Shown: in pieces, positions 49,601 through 61,358 of the stretch
How the letters are laid out: each line of letters begins with the position of its first letter
Position numbering within the stretch: position 1 is the first letter of the stretch
DNA from: Pyrodictiaceae archaeon
Lineage (GTDB): Archaea > Thermoproteota > Thermoprotei_A > Sulfolobales > Pyrodictiaceae
Direction: 5' to 3'
DNA: 64,000 nt
Assembly: GCA_027036135.1 (NCBI GenBank)
Contig: JALVSY010000016.1
Location: 192,001-256,000, forward strand
Notes under the pieces: generated by a model
Told to the model about the DNA's origin: nothing
The model's input: the letters and a program-made list of their open reading frames with translations, nothing else
Database searches by the model: none
Made by a program: the position numbers and the translations under genes

Positions 49601-51046
49601 ATGTCTAAGGCCTTGTCCTCCGTGGATGAATCCGTACTAGAAAAGGCAATTAACAAGATGCTTAGCGAGGGTGCTAGCTACGCTGAGGCTAGGTATCACG
49701 AGATAAGAAGAACAAGCATACTGCTAATCAACGGGGCCGTCATGGGTGTAGAGCAGAGTGTTCGCTCCGGCATTGCTCTGAGAGCCATAGTTAGTGGCGG
49801 CCTAGGCTTCGCCTCTACAACCAGCACGAGCACCGAGGCCGTAGAGAAGGCTGCACTGAGAGCTGTTGCGGCGGCAAAGACCTCCGCAACGGGCGTGAAG
49901 AACCCGGTTAGAATGTCTCCTGCAAGACTCGGTAGGGCCAAGTACAGTGTCGCCGAGAAGGAGCCTTTAGAGGACATCGCTATAGGTGATAAGATAGCCT
50001 CACTACTCGAGGAGTATAAGGTCCTCGTACTCGAGAGAAACGGGTTCAAAGTCCCAAACACAACAATGATTTATACTGATAGTGTAGAGTACAAGGTGCT
50101 CATCACCAGCGACGGTGCTTATGTTGAGAGCCGTGTTCCGCGCGTAGCCGCTATGTATAATCTAGCAGCTGTATATGGTGAGAAAAGAGCTAATCGCTTC
50201 GGAGAGCTGGGGGCAAGTGGTGGCTATGAGCGCCTAAAAGAGTTCAGGCTAGGCGAGAAGATACAGGACGACATTAATAGCCTATATATTAGCCTCGTGG
50301 AGGCAAAATCTCCTCCTAGGGGCAAATTAGACGTAGTCCTTTCCCCGGAGATAGTGGGGCTAATGGTCCACGAATCCGCTGGTCATCCAAGCGAGGCTGA
50401 TCGTGTACTTGGCAGGGAGGCTGCACAAGCTGGTATGAGTTTCCGAGCAACCTACAAGGAGGAGACAATAGGGAGCCCTACCGTAACTGTTGTTGATGAC
50501 CCGACTATACCTGGGAGTTTCGGCTTCTACCTATATGATGACGAGGGTGTTGCCGCCCGTGAACGAGTCCTCTACGATAAGGGCAAACTAGCTGAGCTGC
50601 TTCATAACCGCGAGACAGCCGCTATCTATGGGACCGAGAGTAATGGAGCAGCTAGGGCAATGGATTATTTGAGCGAGCCGATAGTACGCATGGCCAACAC
50701 TTACATGAAGCCCGGCGACTACAGCTTCAATGAGCTAATCGAGGACATAAAGCATGGTATCTATATAAAGAAGTACATGGAGTGGAACATAGACGATATA
50801 CGTTGGGGGCAGAGATACGTAGGTCTCGAGGCTTACGTTATAGAGAATGGTGAGCTCGGAGAACCAGTAACCAATGTAGCTCTCGAGGTAACCACGAAGG
50901 AACTCTATAGCTCCATAGACGCTGTTGGAAAGGACCTAGTTTTCTACGCTGGTCTTTGCGGTAAGGGGGAGCCTCCACAAGGCGTGCCCGTCTGGATGGG
51001 TGGTCCTCACGTAAGGCTTAGAGGGGTGACCATAAGGTGGGCATAG
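49601..51046 (+). CDS. tldD: TldD family metalloprotease
   Basis: HESAGHPSEAD, YDDEG, CGKG. Confidence 0.9.
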   Translation: MSKALSSVDESVLEKAINKMLSEGASYAEARYHEIRRTSILLINGAVMGVEQSVRSGIALRAIVSGGLGFASTTSTSTEAVEKAALRAVAAAKTSATGVKNPVRMSPARLGRAKYSVAEKEPLEDIAIGDKIASLLEEYKVLVLERNGFKVPNTTMIYTDSVEYKVLITSDGAYVESRVPRVAAMYNLAAVYGEKRANRFGELGASGGYERLKEFRLGEKIQDDINSLYISLVEAKSPPRGKLDVVLSPEIVGLMVHESAGHPSEADRVLGREAAQAGMSFRATYKEETIGSPTVTVVDDPTIPGSFGFYLYDDEGVAARERVLYDKGKLAELLHNRETAAIYGTESNGAARAMDYLSEPIVRMANTYMKPGDYSFNELIEDIKHGIYIKKYMEWNIDDIRWGQRYVGLEAYVIENGELGEPVTNVALEVTTKELYSSIDAVGKDLVFYAGLCGKGEPPQGVPVWMGGPHVRLRGVTIRWA

Positions 51047-52353
51047 ATCTCCACACGGTTGCCGAGAGCATTGCTAATAAAGTGAAGAACCGCGTTGATG
51101 AGTATATTGTCAAGCTTGGGGCAGAGAACAAGTTAATGGTCAAGTATGCGCGCGGCGAACCCAGCGTTACTCAGTCGTGGCAAACACTGCGCCTAAGCCT
51201 CTACTTAGCCAAGGCAGGAAGAATAAGTGTTAGTAGCTTTAGCGCCGAGAGACCCGATGAGATACTGAGGAGAGTCCTGGATAGCCTTGAGCTGCTCAAG
51301 CCCTCGCCCTTCTATGCCCCGTTACCAGAGCCGAGTGGCGAAAACACGGAATACGTTGATGAGACAATAAAGACCATCGTTGAGGAAGGAGATGCAACGA
51401 GGCAGGTAGAGGAGATAGGCTTCAGTGAGCCAGGCGACGTGGCTGGCAAGATAGAGTTCTGGTATCTAAAAGAAGTATTGCTGGGAAGCAATGGCGCTGA
51501 CCTAAGACATGAGGCCACTAGCTTCAACGGCTACATCAGAGTATTCAAGGGAGAAAGTAGTGGCCAGTGGAGCTGGACTAGCACCTTCTACAACCCTCTT
51601 ATCGCGCGCAAGGCGATAGAAAGAGCAGGGGAGCTCGCGAAGCAGTGCGCAAAGCTCCCGAAGCGGCGGATAGAGCCCGGTAAGTACAGAGTGCTCTTAT
51701 CACCCATGGTCGCTGGTAATCTCGTAGAGCACATAGCTATGGCAGCAAGCGCTGGCAGCATGATATTCGGGACAAGCTTCTTTCAGGGAAGAAAGCCCGG
51801 CGAGAAAGTGCTTAGCGAGAAACTAACACTACTAGACAAGCCACGGGACAATACACTACCGGGCTTCCGGGGCTTCGACGACGAAGGAGTAGCCACGACT
51901 AATAAGGCAATAATTAAGGAGGGTGTACTCGAGACGATTCTTCACAACACGAAGACAGCAAAACTCATGAATGCAAAGACTACTGGCAATGCTGGCTGGA
52001 TTATGCCAGCACCATTTAATCTCGAAGTTGAGCCCGGCGATGCCACACTAGATGAGCTGATATCAGAGCTCCGAAACGGTATATACATAACCAATAACTG
52101 GTACACAAGGTTCCAGAACCACGTAGAAGGAGTATTCTCAACAGTCTCGAGAGACGCTGTAATAGTATACGAGAACCGCGAGCCCAAGTACTGCACAGAG
52201 CGCATAAGGATAGCCGATACAATGCCACGCCTCTTCTCATCGATAGAACTCATAGAGAAGGAACAATGGCCTATACAGTGGTGGGAAGTAGAAATACCTA
52301 CCAGGATATCACACATATTGATCGCCGAAGCAAATATCTCGCTACCTCAATAA
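51037..52353 (+). CDS. pmbA: PmbA/TldE family protein
   Basis: FDDEG, TTGNA, no HExxH; follows tldD. Confidence 0.85.
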   Translation: MGIDLHTVAESIANKVKNRVDEYIVKLGAENKLMVKYARGEPSVTQSWQTLRLSLYLAKAGRISVSSFSAERPDEILRRVLDSLELLKPSPFYAPLPEPSGENTEYVDETIKTIVEEGDATRQVEEIGFSEPGDVAGKIEFWYLKEVLLGSNGADLRHEATSFNGYIRVFKGESSGQWSWTSTFYNPLIARKAIERAGELAKQCAKLPKRRIEPGKYRVLLSPMVAGNLVEHIAMAASAGSMIFGTSFFQGRKPGEKVLSEKLTLLDKPRDNTLPGFRGFDDEGVATTNKAIIKEGVLETILHNTKTAKLMNAKTTGNAGWIMPAPFNLEVEPGDATLDELISELRNGIYITNNWYTRFQNHVEGVFSTVSRDAVIVYENREPKYCTERIRIADTMPRLFSSIELIEKEQWPIQWWEVEIPTRISHILIAEANISLPQ

Positions 52354-52545
52354 CCCTATCCACTATTTTACCCTTTTATTCCAAGCCTAGGCATTATTAG
52401 CGAACTACTAAACAAACACTATACTAATACCTAGCTTAACCTGAGTAAATTTTCTATATAACAGCGACTCGTACACTAAATCTATCTAGGATAAAGGCAT
52501 TATCAGTGACAATTACAGGGGGACACATCCGGAGGAGCAATTTGC

Positions 52546-52920
52546 ATGACCACCAGCAGAGCTAAAGAGCTAAGAATGTTATCTCTAACTAGTCCTCGAA
52601 GGCTTATAGGACTAATACTAGCAGCTATAGGTTATACACTAAGCCCTCTATCATGGTGGAATGATGGTTTCGTCAATATACCTTTAAGCATTGCCACCGC
52701 CTATGTACTGAATCGCTTCTTCGGCGTTGACCGATTGCTCGGTTTCTATATAGGTTATTTAACAACGAATACTATGGGCATGTTTCTCCTTATTTATGGA
52801 GGCAGATTAGTGGCTGCAAGGAGGCAAAGCTCTAGGAAGGAAATGGTTACTAGTACTATTATCAGCCTAGTATACACCGTTATAGCCTCCATCGTGCTAC
52901 GCATTATCGGCTTACTATAG
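52546..52920 (+). CDS. Small membrane protein
   Basis: LSPLSWWND motif and TM segments. Confidence 0.65.
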   Translation: MTTSRAKELRMLSLTSPRRLIGLILAAIGYTLSPLSWWNDGFVNIPLSIATAYVLNRFFGVDRLLGFYIGYLTTNTMGMFLLIYGGRLVAARRQSSRKEMVTSTIISLVYTVIASIVLRIIGLL

Positions 52921-54009
52921 GGTATCGATCAGCGGCTTCTTGCCAAGATACTCCGCAGCCGTCACTACGCGGACACCTCGCTGCCTCGCATAGTTCAGCA
53001 CGGGGCTTACTCCCTCACGCCATCTCTTCTCCCTTAGGAGATGATGATCATAAATAATGAGGTATGGATGTGAGCCAATAATTGTTATTGCGTTCTTTAT
53101 GGCTCTTTCCAAGTTTATGCGGTTAAACATGTACGGATATAGGTAGGTGGGAGGCCCATCAAGCACAACTATGTCCGGTCTCTTCTCGGCTATAAACGCG
53201 GCGTAATCCTCTATTATTGGGCCCATCACGTCACTAGTGTAGAATACGTTTGTATTACCTATTTTCGCGTTAAAGCCTACTACCCAGCCAGTCCTATCAT
53301 ACTCCACGCCGTGGAACCACGGCTCCGTGAACTCTATTTCCACTCCGCAAAGAGTTATCCTTCTCCCATCAGCCCACACGATAACGGCATCGTTACTGAC
53401 CTCGCTTAGCCACGGACCCTTGCTCCAGAGGCTTGTTAGTTTCCTGAACCACTTTTTGCCTCTTGCCAGGAGTTCTTTTCTTCTCTCCTCATAGCCCGGG
53501 AATCTCCTCGAAGAAGCTACTGGGAGAGACTCGATAGGATCGACATATTCCCTACTAATTGGTTCTGAATAGATATTATTCTTGTCTATGCCCAAGATAT
53601 TGGTGAGTTTCTCGTAGAACTCTCTAGCACGATGCCACTGGCTCTCATTTATGTACTCGTTGGGGTTCTTAGCGATTATCGTTTTACCCTTGAAGAGCTC
53701 TAGGGGTAGAAGCGGGTCGCCTGGACGAGGGTGATGATCATAGTGGTAATGAGTTATGATCACGCCTTTTACACGTGTGCTTGACAAATGTGTAGCTATT
53801 CTTAGTAGTGCTTGTTCTCGTAGCCTTCTCTTCTCTTCATCAGGTAGGGGGTAACTGGGCTGCATAGCGGCAGCTCCTGGATCAACCAATATATCACAGT
53901 CATCACCGTGTAGCAGTATTGATGCTGACTTTGCTCCTAGGCTATCGAACCATATTACCTCGAATAAGTTGTCCAGGTTCATGCCTAGGCTCCTAGCCCT
54001 CCTGGTCAC
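52915..54009 (-). CDS. Metallo-beta-lactamase fold hydrolase (UPF0282-like)
   Basis: DSLGAKS, THYHYDHH, DGPPTY, DHHLLR. Confidence 0.85.
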   Translation of the reverse strand: MTRRARSLGMNLDNLFEVIWFDSLGAKSASILLHGDDCDILVDPGAAAMQPSYPLPDEEKRRLREQALLRIATHLSSTRVKGVIITHYHYDHHPRPGDPLLPLELFKGKTIIAKNPNEYINESQWHRAREFYEKLTNILGIDKNNIYSEPISREYVDPIESLPVASSRRFPGYEERRKELLARGKKWFRKLTSLWSKGPWLSEVSNDAVIVWADGRRITLCGVEIEFTEPWFHGVEYDRTGWVVGFNAKIGNTNVFYTSDVMGPIIEDYAAFIAEKRPDIVVLDGPPTYLYPYMFNRINLERAIKNAITIIGSHPYLIIYDHHLLREKRWREGVSPVLNYARQRGVRVVTAAEYLGKKPLIDTL

Positions 54010-54943
54010 TAATTATCTCAGCTATCAGGTCTCGGTACACGGGAAGACTCCAGACCCACTTCTCTTTGCTATATCCCCCGCCCAGTATGGGGGTATCCGC
54101 CCTAAGCACAATATCATGAGCTTGTAACAATTCTAGCAATTCCTTGAAGGCATTATCTAGCCCTTGAACCGCTTTTGAAAGCTCTCCTAGTAACCCCTTT
54201 TCCCTTACCAGTCTAATGACTCTACGAAGCCTAGCTGCTAGGGCTCTCTTCCAGAAATCTATATCTCCCTTATACCTTGTTGCAAGTATTATAGTCTCTC
54301 CAGGGTTACCACCAGTTAGGCGCCACAATGTCTCCGGGTCGACCTCTATGCCGAGACGACTTACAAGCACTTTGTAGGCGCTGAGAGGTAGGCCATTAAC
54401 TCTCAGTATCTCTATTCCTTTATTAGGGCTAGAGAGTAGTGCCTTTAGCCCCAGCTGTGTACCAGCTCCAATTATTGTAACACTTAGAGCTCTCCAGAAG
54501 ATTAGCTTCCTAGCAGTACCCATTAATGAATCTAGGTAGTCAAGTGTTTTCCCAGGCCCTATACCCCTATCGAGATGATCAACTATCACCAAGACATGCC
54601 TACCCATAACGCTTGGAAGACCCAGCCTTACAAGCACTATGGGCAAGGCGTAGAGAAGCGCGGATCCCGGTGGCATCTCGGAGCTAGAGGCTAGCTCGCG
54701 TAGAATAGGCTCCGCAGTCTCAGAGGCTATTAATGCGCTGTCTACGCGGTCACCCTCAATAGCGTCAACATATACTACGAGATAGTTACGGAACCCCTTC
54801 ATACTCGCGGCAAAGCGCCTCAATAAAGTACTAATCCCTACTCCCCGAGGACCGTAAAGATAAACAGCATGAACACCTTGCTTAACAAGCCCTATCAGTG
54901 CAGATAACTCCGCTTCTCTATCAACGAGGTTTTTGTACCTCAT
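53993..54943 (-). CDS. Archaeal AAA-type ATPase, degenerate Walker A
   Basis: VDREAE, YGPRGVGISTL, LTGGNP. Confidence 0.7.
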   Translation of the reverse strand: MRYKNLVDREAELSALIGLVKQGVHAVYLYGPRGVGISTLLRRFAASMKGFRNYLVVYVDAIEGDRVDSALIASETAEPILRELASSSEMPPGSALLYALPIVLVRLGLPSVMGRHVLVIVDHLDRGIGPGKTLDYLDSLMGTARKLIFWRALSVTIIGAGTQLGLKALLSSPNKGIEILRVNGLPLSAYKVLVSRLGIEVDPETLWRLTGGNPGETIILATRYKGDIDFWKRALAARLRRVIRLVREKGLLGELSKAVQGLDNAFKELLELLQAHDIVLRADTPILGGGYSKEKWVWSLPVYRDLIAEIISDQEG

Positions 54944-55084
54944 CTACTTCCTCTCCACGTGGCTACCCTATCTATACCCGCTCTTAACAAGGCCTCGCCT
55001 CCCAACATCAATTCTGAAAATCCCTGCTAGGAATCATGGGGGGAAGTAGGGCTGAGAAAGAGGCTTGGACTGACCTCAACGATA

Positions 55085-56497
55085 ATGGTAAGGATTGTAG
55101 GAAACCTCATAGCATTGCTAATAAATATTGCCGCTGCCTTTGTACTCGTTCGCAGATTATCTCCAAGTGATTACGCGTTTTACCAAACACTCACGAAGAG
55201 AGGGACATGGATAGGATCACTAATAGTACTGCTACTAGGTGGCTGGATTTATCGATACAATGCACAGAGAATACCGGGCTCGTGGGAGGCTAGCATAGTA
55301 ATAAGCCTGCTATCTATCCTCTACGCATTCTCGTCAGGCCTACTTATAGCCTACTATCTTCACGTGAGCATGTATATCGCTCTCTTATCGGGACTCGCTG
55401 TCTCAGCGTTTATAGCCTATGTCATGATAAGGCAAGTCCTTAACGCCCTAAGACCGGTGCGCTATGCTTTTTTAGCGATAATTTATCGTCTTTTATATAC
55501 CAGTCTCATAGTTCTACTAGTCTACTTCATCGGCTATGGAGTAGCTGGAGCACTTTGGAGCATTGTTGCCGCGGGGGCCGTAGCTAGCTTTCTAGGCTAC
55601 ACGTGGGGGAAAAGAGCGAAGCCTCCTGCTAGTCGTTGGACAGGTATAGTAAGGGAATGGATTCGGCATAGCTTTGTATTTCTACCCTCAACTATCGCTC
55701 AAATATTAGCGAGCCTGGACGCCCTAATAGCCTACCATTTCTGGGGCAGCAGGATCGTTGCAGCTTTTTTTGCCACACTTATGATTTTTTCGCTAATAAG
55801 AGAATCTATTAGTGCCGGAGCAAGCTACGTTGCCACGTACTTACTCCAGGGAGGCGAAGAAGAGAAAAGTCTACAGGGTCTAGTAGCCTTACTAGCGCTT
55901 ACCATTCCTTTGCTAGTCTTTGTTGCATCTTATCCAACCCATATACTGTACCTGATAAATCCCCATTACGCATGGGCTAAGCCAGTCATCGCGTTTCATG
56001 CTATCTACACACTTATAGCGATGTTCGAGACGTATATAGCTTCAATCGCCAGCGGCTCTATTAAGGGGAGAGCAAGAGAGTCAGCTGGCAAGCTCCTAAG
56101 GCTTACATCTCTCGCCTTGATTACCCGCGTAACCTATTTCGTATTAATCACAGTGCTAGCTGCAACCATCACTGCTGGCTCCTCCGCGCTTATTGCATGG
56201 TCTGTCTCGCTAGCTACGATGTCCCTGCTATCCATAATAGGTTATATTGAGCTAACGCCTAGTCTAAGCTACACCACGTTCAAGAGACATATTATCCTCT
56301 TAACTATTTATACTATTTTGAGCTGTCTAGTAGCACGCCTAGTAAGGCTACCGCCGCCTGCTCAGCACTTCTTTGCAGAGGCAAAGATACTAGCCCTTCC
56401 TTTTATAGAGTATGTAGTAATAACATATATAATCATAGTTTTGGTAACACCTGAGCTCAGACAAATGCTAAAACACGTATTAAAAAATATAGCGTAA
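55085..56497 (+). CDS. Polysaccharide flippase/MOP-like membrane protein
   Basis: Many TMs; RRLSPSDYA. Confidence 0.65.
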   Translation: MVRIVGNLIALLINIAAAFVLVRRLSPSDYAFYQTLTKRGTWIGSLIVLLLGGWIYRYNAQRIPGSWEASIVISLLSILYAFSSGLLIAYYLHVSMYIALLSGLAVSAFIAYVMIRQVLNALRPVRYAFLAIIYRLLYTSLIVLLVYFIGYGVAGALWSIVAAGAVASFLGYTWGKRAKPPASRWTGIVREWIRHSFVFLPSTIAQILASLDALIAYHFWGSRIVAAFFATLMIFSLIRESISAGASYVATYLLQGGEEEKSLQGLVALLALTIPLLVFVASYPTHILYLINPHYAWAKPVIAFHAIYTLIAMFETYIASIASGSIKGRARESAGKLLRLTSLALITRVTYFVLITVLAATITAGSSALIAWSVSLATMSLLSIIGYIELTPSLSYTTFKRHIILLTIYTILSCLVARLVRLPPPAQHFFAEAKILALPFIEYVVITYIIIVLVTPELRQMLKHVLKNIA

Positions 56498-56710
56498 AAC
56501 AATCTGCCGACAAAGCAATTGAAGACCGAGGGAATGGACTACGTCATAGTTGTTGACATAAGAATCTTCAGCTATAATGTAATATTGTACTATGATATTG
56601 TAGTGGCAACAATAGCGCTATATCTGCATGGCATAAAGGAAAAGAAACAAGCAGCTACCAGTAAGAAGTGGCCATTAAAGCCTCTGCTAGCTAGTAAGCT
56701 ATTACTAGTG

Positions 56711-57427
56711 CTAATCGTTATAGCGTGTAAAGAGCAATGGATCATCAGTTATGATATAATCTAGTTTATCTCGTAGCTTATTAACTATTTCAACATCATT
56801 GACAGTCCAAAGAACCGTCTTGAGACCTAATCGCTTAACTTCAGATAAGTAGTTTTTAAGACCCTGGAGCCCCACGATCCCTATAGCTTCAACCGGTGGA
56901 TTAATGGTCTCAAGGCCTAGCTCCCTTGCTAGCGCTAGTGCCCGCTTGGCCTTCTCAATGCTATCAATGTTAATACCTAGTCGCGCATCTTTATCAAGTG
57001 TTCTTATGCGCCTTAGTGCTTCCTCGTTAAAGCTTATGAATATGACGTTTCTTAGCCATCCCTTTTCCGCGACAATATTGTAGGAGGGAGCCGCTGCGCC
57101 TAGCTCCTTAATCTCTACGAATACTTCATAGGTCTTGGGGATAGCACCTAGAACCTCTTCGAGCGTGGGGATTGTCTGCGCCATGCCTAGGTGTATACGT
57201 TTTAGCTCATGTAATGTTGCCTCGTTGACACGCATACTTAGGCCAGCTACTCTCTCAAGATCCTCGTCATGAATAACTACCGGGTAGTCATCCTTGCTCA
57301 TCCTAACATCCAGCTCAACTCCATGAGCGCCATGCAACAGTGCACCGAGGAATGACGCAATAGTGTTCTCAGGATAGCGCCTAGGAAACCCTCGGTGCCC
57401 GATCACTTTAGGCATCAATGCTAGCAT
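56711..57427 (-). CDS. glpQ: Glycerophosphodiester phosphodiesterase
   Basis: IGHRG, PENT, VELDV, HD, WTVN, IITD. Confidence 0.92.
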   Translation of the reverse strand: MLALMPKVIGHRGFPRRYPENTIASFLGALLHGAHGVELDVRMSKDDYPVVIHDEDLERVAGLSMRVNEATLHELKRIHLGMAQTIPTLEEVLGAIPKTYEVFVEIKELGAAAPSYNIVAEKGWLRNVIFISFNEEALRRIRTLDKDARLGINIDSIEKAKRALALARELGLETINPPVEAIGIVGLQGLKNYLSEVKRLGLKTVLWTVNDVEIVNKLRDKLDYIITDDPLLFTRYND

Positions 57428-57521
57428 CCCCCTTGGAACTATTTTGGCCCGATTAGTGCTTGTTGCGAGGAAAGAGCTTAATATCTTAAGGTCCTACAAG
57501 GGTATAAAGGGGCCTATTAAG

Positions 57522-58421
57522 ATGGGGCCCTGGGTTTTAATAGCTTCCTTAATAGTCATAATCGTCGCTATACTTGTTCTATTAGCGTTTGCGGCTGCGA
57601 AGAGGCTGCTAAGTCCTCCGCGCAAGAAGGGAGCATGGACGCCTCAAGACTTTGGACTAGGATACCAGGACGTAGAGATTGTCGCGGATGATGGTGTAAA
57701 GCTGAGAGGCTGGTTCATAGATGTAGGGAGCATGAATACCGTTATCGCTATACATGGATATACGTCGAGCCGCTGGGACGAGACTTATATGAAGCCAGTT
57801 GTCCACATGCTTGCTCGCAATGGCTTCAATGTACTAGCCTTTGACTTCCGCGCACACGGTGAGAGCGAGGGCAAATACACTACTCTCGGCGTAAGGGAGC
57901 TGAGGGACTATAGGAGAATAATATCGTGGCTCAAAAACAATTACCCCGACAAAGCCAAGAAGGTAGGTGTCATCGGCTACTCTATGGGCGGAGCAGTGGC
58001 CATAATGCTAGCCGCCACAGAGGATAGAATCGACGCAGTAGTGGCGGACAGCCCCTACATGGATATAATTGCGTCAGGCAAGCGATGGATAAAACGAATG
58101 AAACAACCCATGCGCGGCCTCCTACTGGTAGTTTACCCCCTCATAGTCTCATTTGCCTCGCACATTGCAGGGATAAATACCGATGAGTTAAAAATAATTA
58201 ATTACGCTGACAAGGTAAAGAAACCCCTGCTAATCATAGCTGGGCGTCGCGATGACCTAGTATCCATTAACGAGGTCAACTCGTTTTTCCAAAGAGCCAA
58301 GGCGCACAGGAAACCAGTTGAGCTATGGATAACCGATTCCCCTCATGTGAGATCAATACTTGACGAACCCGAGGAATATGAAAAGAGAGTCGTCTCATTC
58401 TTTCGGAGGTGGCTAAGCTAA
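57522..58421 (+). CDS. Membrane-anchored alpha/beta hydrolase (lipase/esterase)
   Basis: HGY, DFRAHGES, GYSMG; likely start MGPW. Confidence 0.88.
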   Translation: MGPWVLIASLIVIIVAILVLLAFAAAKRLLSPPRKKGAWTPQDFGLGYQDVEIVADDGVKLRGWFIDVGSMNTVIAIHGYTSSRWDETYMKPVVHMLARNGFNVLAFDFRAHGESEGKYTTLGVRELRDYRRIISWLKNNYPDKAKKVGVIGYSMGGAVAIMLAATEDRIDAVVADSPYMDIIASGKRWIKRMKQPMRGLLLVVYPLIVSFASHIAGINTDELKIINYADKVKKPLLIIAGRRDDLVSINEVNSFFQRAKAHRKPVELWITDSPHVRSILDEPEEYEKRVVSFFRRWLS

Positions 58422-59707
58422 TGAGCCAGGGCATGGGAAGAACAAATGCAATATTGGTTGCACTCGCTATTCTAGTTCTTCTCTACTTTGCTGGATACTA
58501 TATGCCGGCTGCTGTGCTTACTCCAATGAGGAAAGAAGGCTTGATACCTGGAACCAAGCAGACCTGGAGGTTCTATGCTAGTCTGCTAAGAAGCATACCT
58601 GGCTATGTAGGCCTTGCACTGACTTTTGTATGGGGAGTGCTTGCCGACAAAATTGGTAGGCCGCGCCTCTTATTCGTATTAGGGCTTGTCATGGGCTCCT
58701 CACTCGTTCTCGTAGGTCTTGCTCATAGCTACTTGTACCTATTACTCGTGCTAACGATATTTGGTATTGCCCAGGCAGGCACTAGCCCAGTTATATACGC
58801 GTTTATTCCCGATATAACTCCTCCTGAACGAAGAGGAGTCGGCTATGCCGCCTACTATGCTGCTAGTGTTCTTGGCTTTGCTTCTGGCATGGTTATAGGA
58901 GGAATACTTCTATACTGGAGGACCGCTTTTATCGGAGTAGGCTTAGCCTTAATCCTTGTCGCGATACCTCTATACATGTTGTCTAGGGGCATAAGAATAG
59001 GTTATGCAGAGCAAGCAACTCCTACTACATACAGTCTCCGCGGGGCACTACGTGCAATACGTAATAGAACAGTTCTGCTTATGATGGGCCAGATAGTTCC
59101 TTGGGCAATACCATGGGGGTTCATAACTTACTATGCTGTAACATACTTGCAGACAAGGTGGGGCATACCAAGGGGTTTAGCGAGCGGTATTCTCGCGCTT
59201 GCAGCACTCTCTATAGCGCTTGGCCATGTTATTGGTGGGAAGCTAGCCGATAACTTGGTAAGGAAGGGTGATGTTAATGGTAGGGTAAAGGTATCGGTAA
59301 TAGGAATATCAATAGGGTTCCTAGCGATGCTTGGTATGTTAGCGTATCCCTACCCATATGGCTCAACAAGTATCCATGCCCTCCTACCGCCCGTTATTCT
59401 CGCCCTTACAGGCCTCATATTCACCACATTCCCCTACCCTAACATAAACTCGGTTATTAGTGACTGTGTGAGACCAGAGTATCGTGGAACAGTATTCTCG
59501 CTCTACAACATACTGAACGGAACAGGATGGGCAACAGGGCCATTACTCTATGGCATATTGTCAGAGTATTTCATGAGAAGCTATCCCGAGAGAACAGCGG
59601 TAATGTACGCAGCCGTGAGTATTGAGAGCTTGTGGATAATTAGCCTAGTCATATGGTTGTTGGTAGCAAAGACCTATCCGAGAGACCGGATAAGTGCTGA
59701 AAAGTAG
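58409..59707 (+). CDS. MFS transporter
   Basis: WGVLADKIGR motif A; about 12 TMs. Confidence 0.88.
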   Translation: MAKLMSQGMGRTNAILVALAILVLLYFAGYYMPAAVLTPMRKEGLIPGTKQTWRFYASLLRSIPGYVGLALTFVWGVLADKIGRPRLLFVLGLVMGSSLVLVGLAHSYLYLLLVLTIFGIAQAGTSPVIYAFIPDITPPERRGVGYAAYYAASVLGFASGMVIGGILLYWRTAFIGVGLALILVAIPLYMLSRGIRIGYAEQATPTTYSLRGALRAIRNRTVLLMMGQIVPWAIPWGFITYYAVTYLQTRWGIPRGLASGILALAALSIALGHVIGGKLADNLVRKGDVNGRVKVSVIGISIGFLAMLGMLAYPYPYGSTSIHALLPPVILALTGLIFTTFPYPNINSVISDCVRPEYRGTVFSLYNILNGTGWATGPLLYGILSEYFMRSYPERTAVMYAAVSIESLWIISLVIWLLVAKTYPRDRISAEK

Positions 59708-59720
59708 CGGTGCTGCGGCT

Positions 59721-61307
59721 CTAGTCTTTATCGAGTCCGTATGCCCAGCTTACCTCCCTGGCCCACCCAAGTGCTCTTTTAACAGCTGCCTTCCACCCCT
59801 TGTAGAGTTTTTCACGAATCTCTTGCGGCATTCTTGGCTTGTAAGTTTTCTCGACTCTCCAGAGCTTCTCGACCTCACTTATATTCTTCCACAGTCCTGC
59901 TGCTATTCCGGCTAGGAAGGCTGCACCGAGGCTAGTGGTCTCCCTGATTACTGGTCGCTGTACTTCCATCCCCAAGATATCAGCTAGGAATTGCATTAGA
60001 AACTCGCTTTTAGTCACACCACCATCTACTCGTAGCCTACTTAGCTCTAGCCCCGACTCAAACTTCATAATCTCTAGTACATCCCTTGTTGTATAGGCTA
60101 TGGATTCTAGTACTGCTCTCACTATGTGGCGACGCTCAGTAGCCCTCGTGATCCCGATTACGAGGCCCCGTGCATAGGGGTCCCAATAGGGGGCACCCAG
60201 CCCAGTTAGTGCCGGTACGAAGTACACACCACCAGTATCCTTAGCCGCCTCTGCTAACGGATCAACCTCGCCAGGAACCTCTATTATCTTCAATCCATCA
60301 CGTAGCCACTGTATAGCCGCGCCCGTCGCAAAAACACTGCCCTCGATAGCATATTGTGCCTCACCCCTCCTCACAGAATAAAAGACTGTGGTAAGGAGCC
60401 CCTCCTTGGAGTAAACAATATCATCCCCGGTATTCATTAGTATAAAGGTGCCAGTGCCGTAAGTGGCTTTCACGGCGCCAGCTCTGAACCCAGCTTGCCC
60501 AAAGAGCGCTGCTTGTTGATCACCTGCATCACCACAAACGGGTACTTCTGCACCAATTATTCTTGCAGCCTCTGGGCCGACATATCCATAGCATCCCTTG
60601 TCGCTTGAGGGCCTGGGCTCCGGGAGAGAGACGCGTGGAATCCTATCCATTATCTCTAATAGCTCCTCATCCCAATCAAGAGTTCTTATATTGAAGAGCA
60701 TTGTTCGCGACGCGTTACTATAGTCTGTTACATGAGAGCCGTCTTTCTCTGGAGTTGCTATGCTTCTTCCTCCACGCGTAAGGCGCCAAATAATCCACGA
60801 GTCAATCGTGCCAAGTAGTGCTTCTCCTCGCTCTAGGCGCTCACGAAGCCCAGGCTTGTTGCGTAGAAGCCACATTATCTTAGTCGCGGAGAAATAGGGA
60901 TCAGGTATGAGCCCTGTCCGTTCATGAATAACGCTGCCATACTCCTTCTTGAGTTCGTCGCTTATCGGCGCTGTTCTCCTATCCTGCCACACAATAGCAT
61001 TATACAACGGCTCCCCGGTTCTGGGGTCCCATACAACTATTGTTTCCCGCTGATTAGTTACACCAATAGCCACAATATCTCTCGGGTTAACCCTGCTCTT
61101 CTCAATCGCCTCCTTTATTACTGCTTTGACGTTCTCCCATATCTCTAATGGGTCGTGCTCAACCCACCCAGGTCGAGGGTAGAGTTGTTTGTGTTCCCTA
61201 TAGCTCCATCCATGCTTCACAATATAGGCTTCTTCATCAAATAATATGGCCCTAGTACCAGTTGTTCCTTGATCAATAGCAAGCACATACCCCACTAAGA
61301 CCACCAC
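59721..61307 (-). CDS. glpK: Glycerol kinase
   Basis: [31 protein letters not shown]. Confidence 0.96.
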   Translation of the reverse strand: MVVLVGYVLAIDQGTTGTRAILFDEEAYIVKHGWSYREHKQLYPRPGWVEHDPLEIWENVKAVIKEAIEKSRVNPRDIVAIGVTNQRETIVVWDPRTGEPLYNAIVWQDRRTAPISDELKKEYGSVIHERTGLIPDPYFSATKIMWLLRNKPGLRERLERGEALLGTIDSWIIWRLTRGGRSIATPEKDGSHVTDYSNASRTMLFNIRTLDWDEELLEIMDRIPRVSLPEPRPSSDKGCYGYVGPEAARIIGAEVPVCGDAGDQQAALFGQAGFRAGAVKATYGTGTFILMNTGDDIVYSKEGLLTTVFYSVRRGEAQYAIEGSVFATGAAIQWLRDGLKIIEVPGEVDPLAEAAKDTGGVYFVPALTGLGAPYWDPYARGLVIGITRATERRHIVRAVLESIAYTTRDVLEIMKFESGLELSRLRVDGGVTKSEFLMQFLADILGMEVQRPVIRETTSLGAAFLAGIAAGLWKNISEVEKLWRVEKTYKPRMPQEIREKLYKGWKAAVKRALGWAREVSWAYGLDKD

Positions 61308-61358
61308 ACTACAAACATAATGAGCGAAGTGAGAGATAGTAGGAGCTAGGTATCCAAT

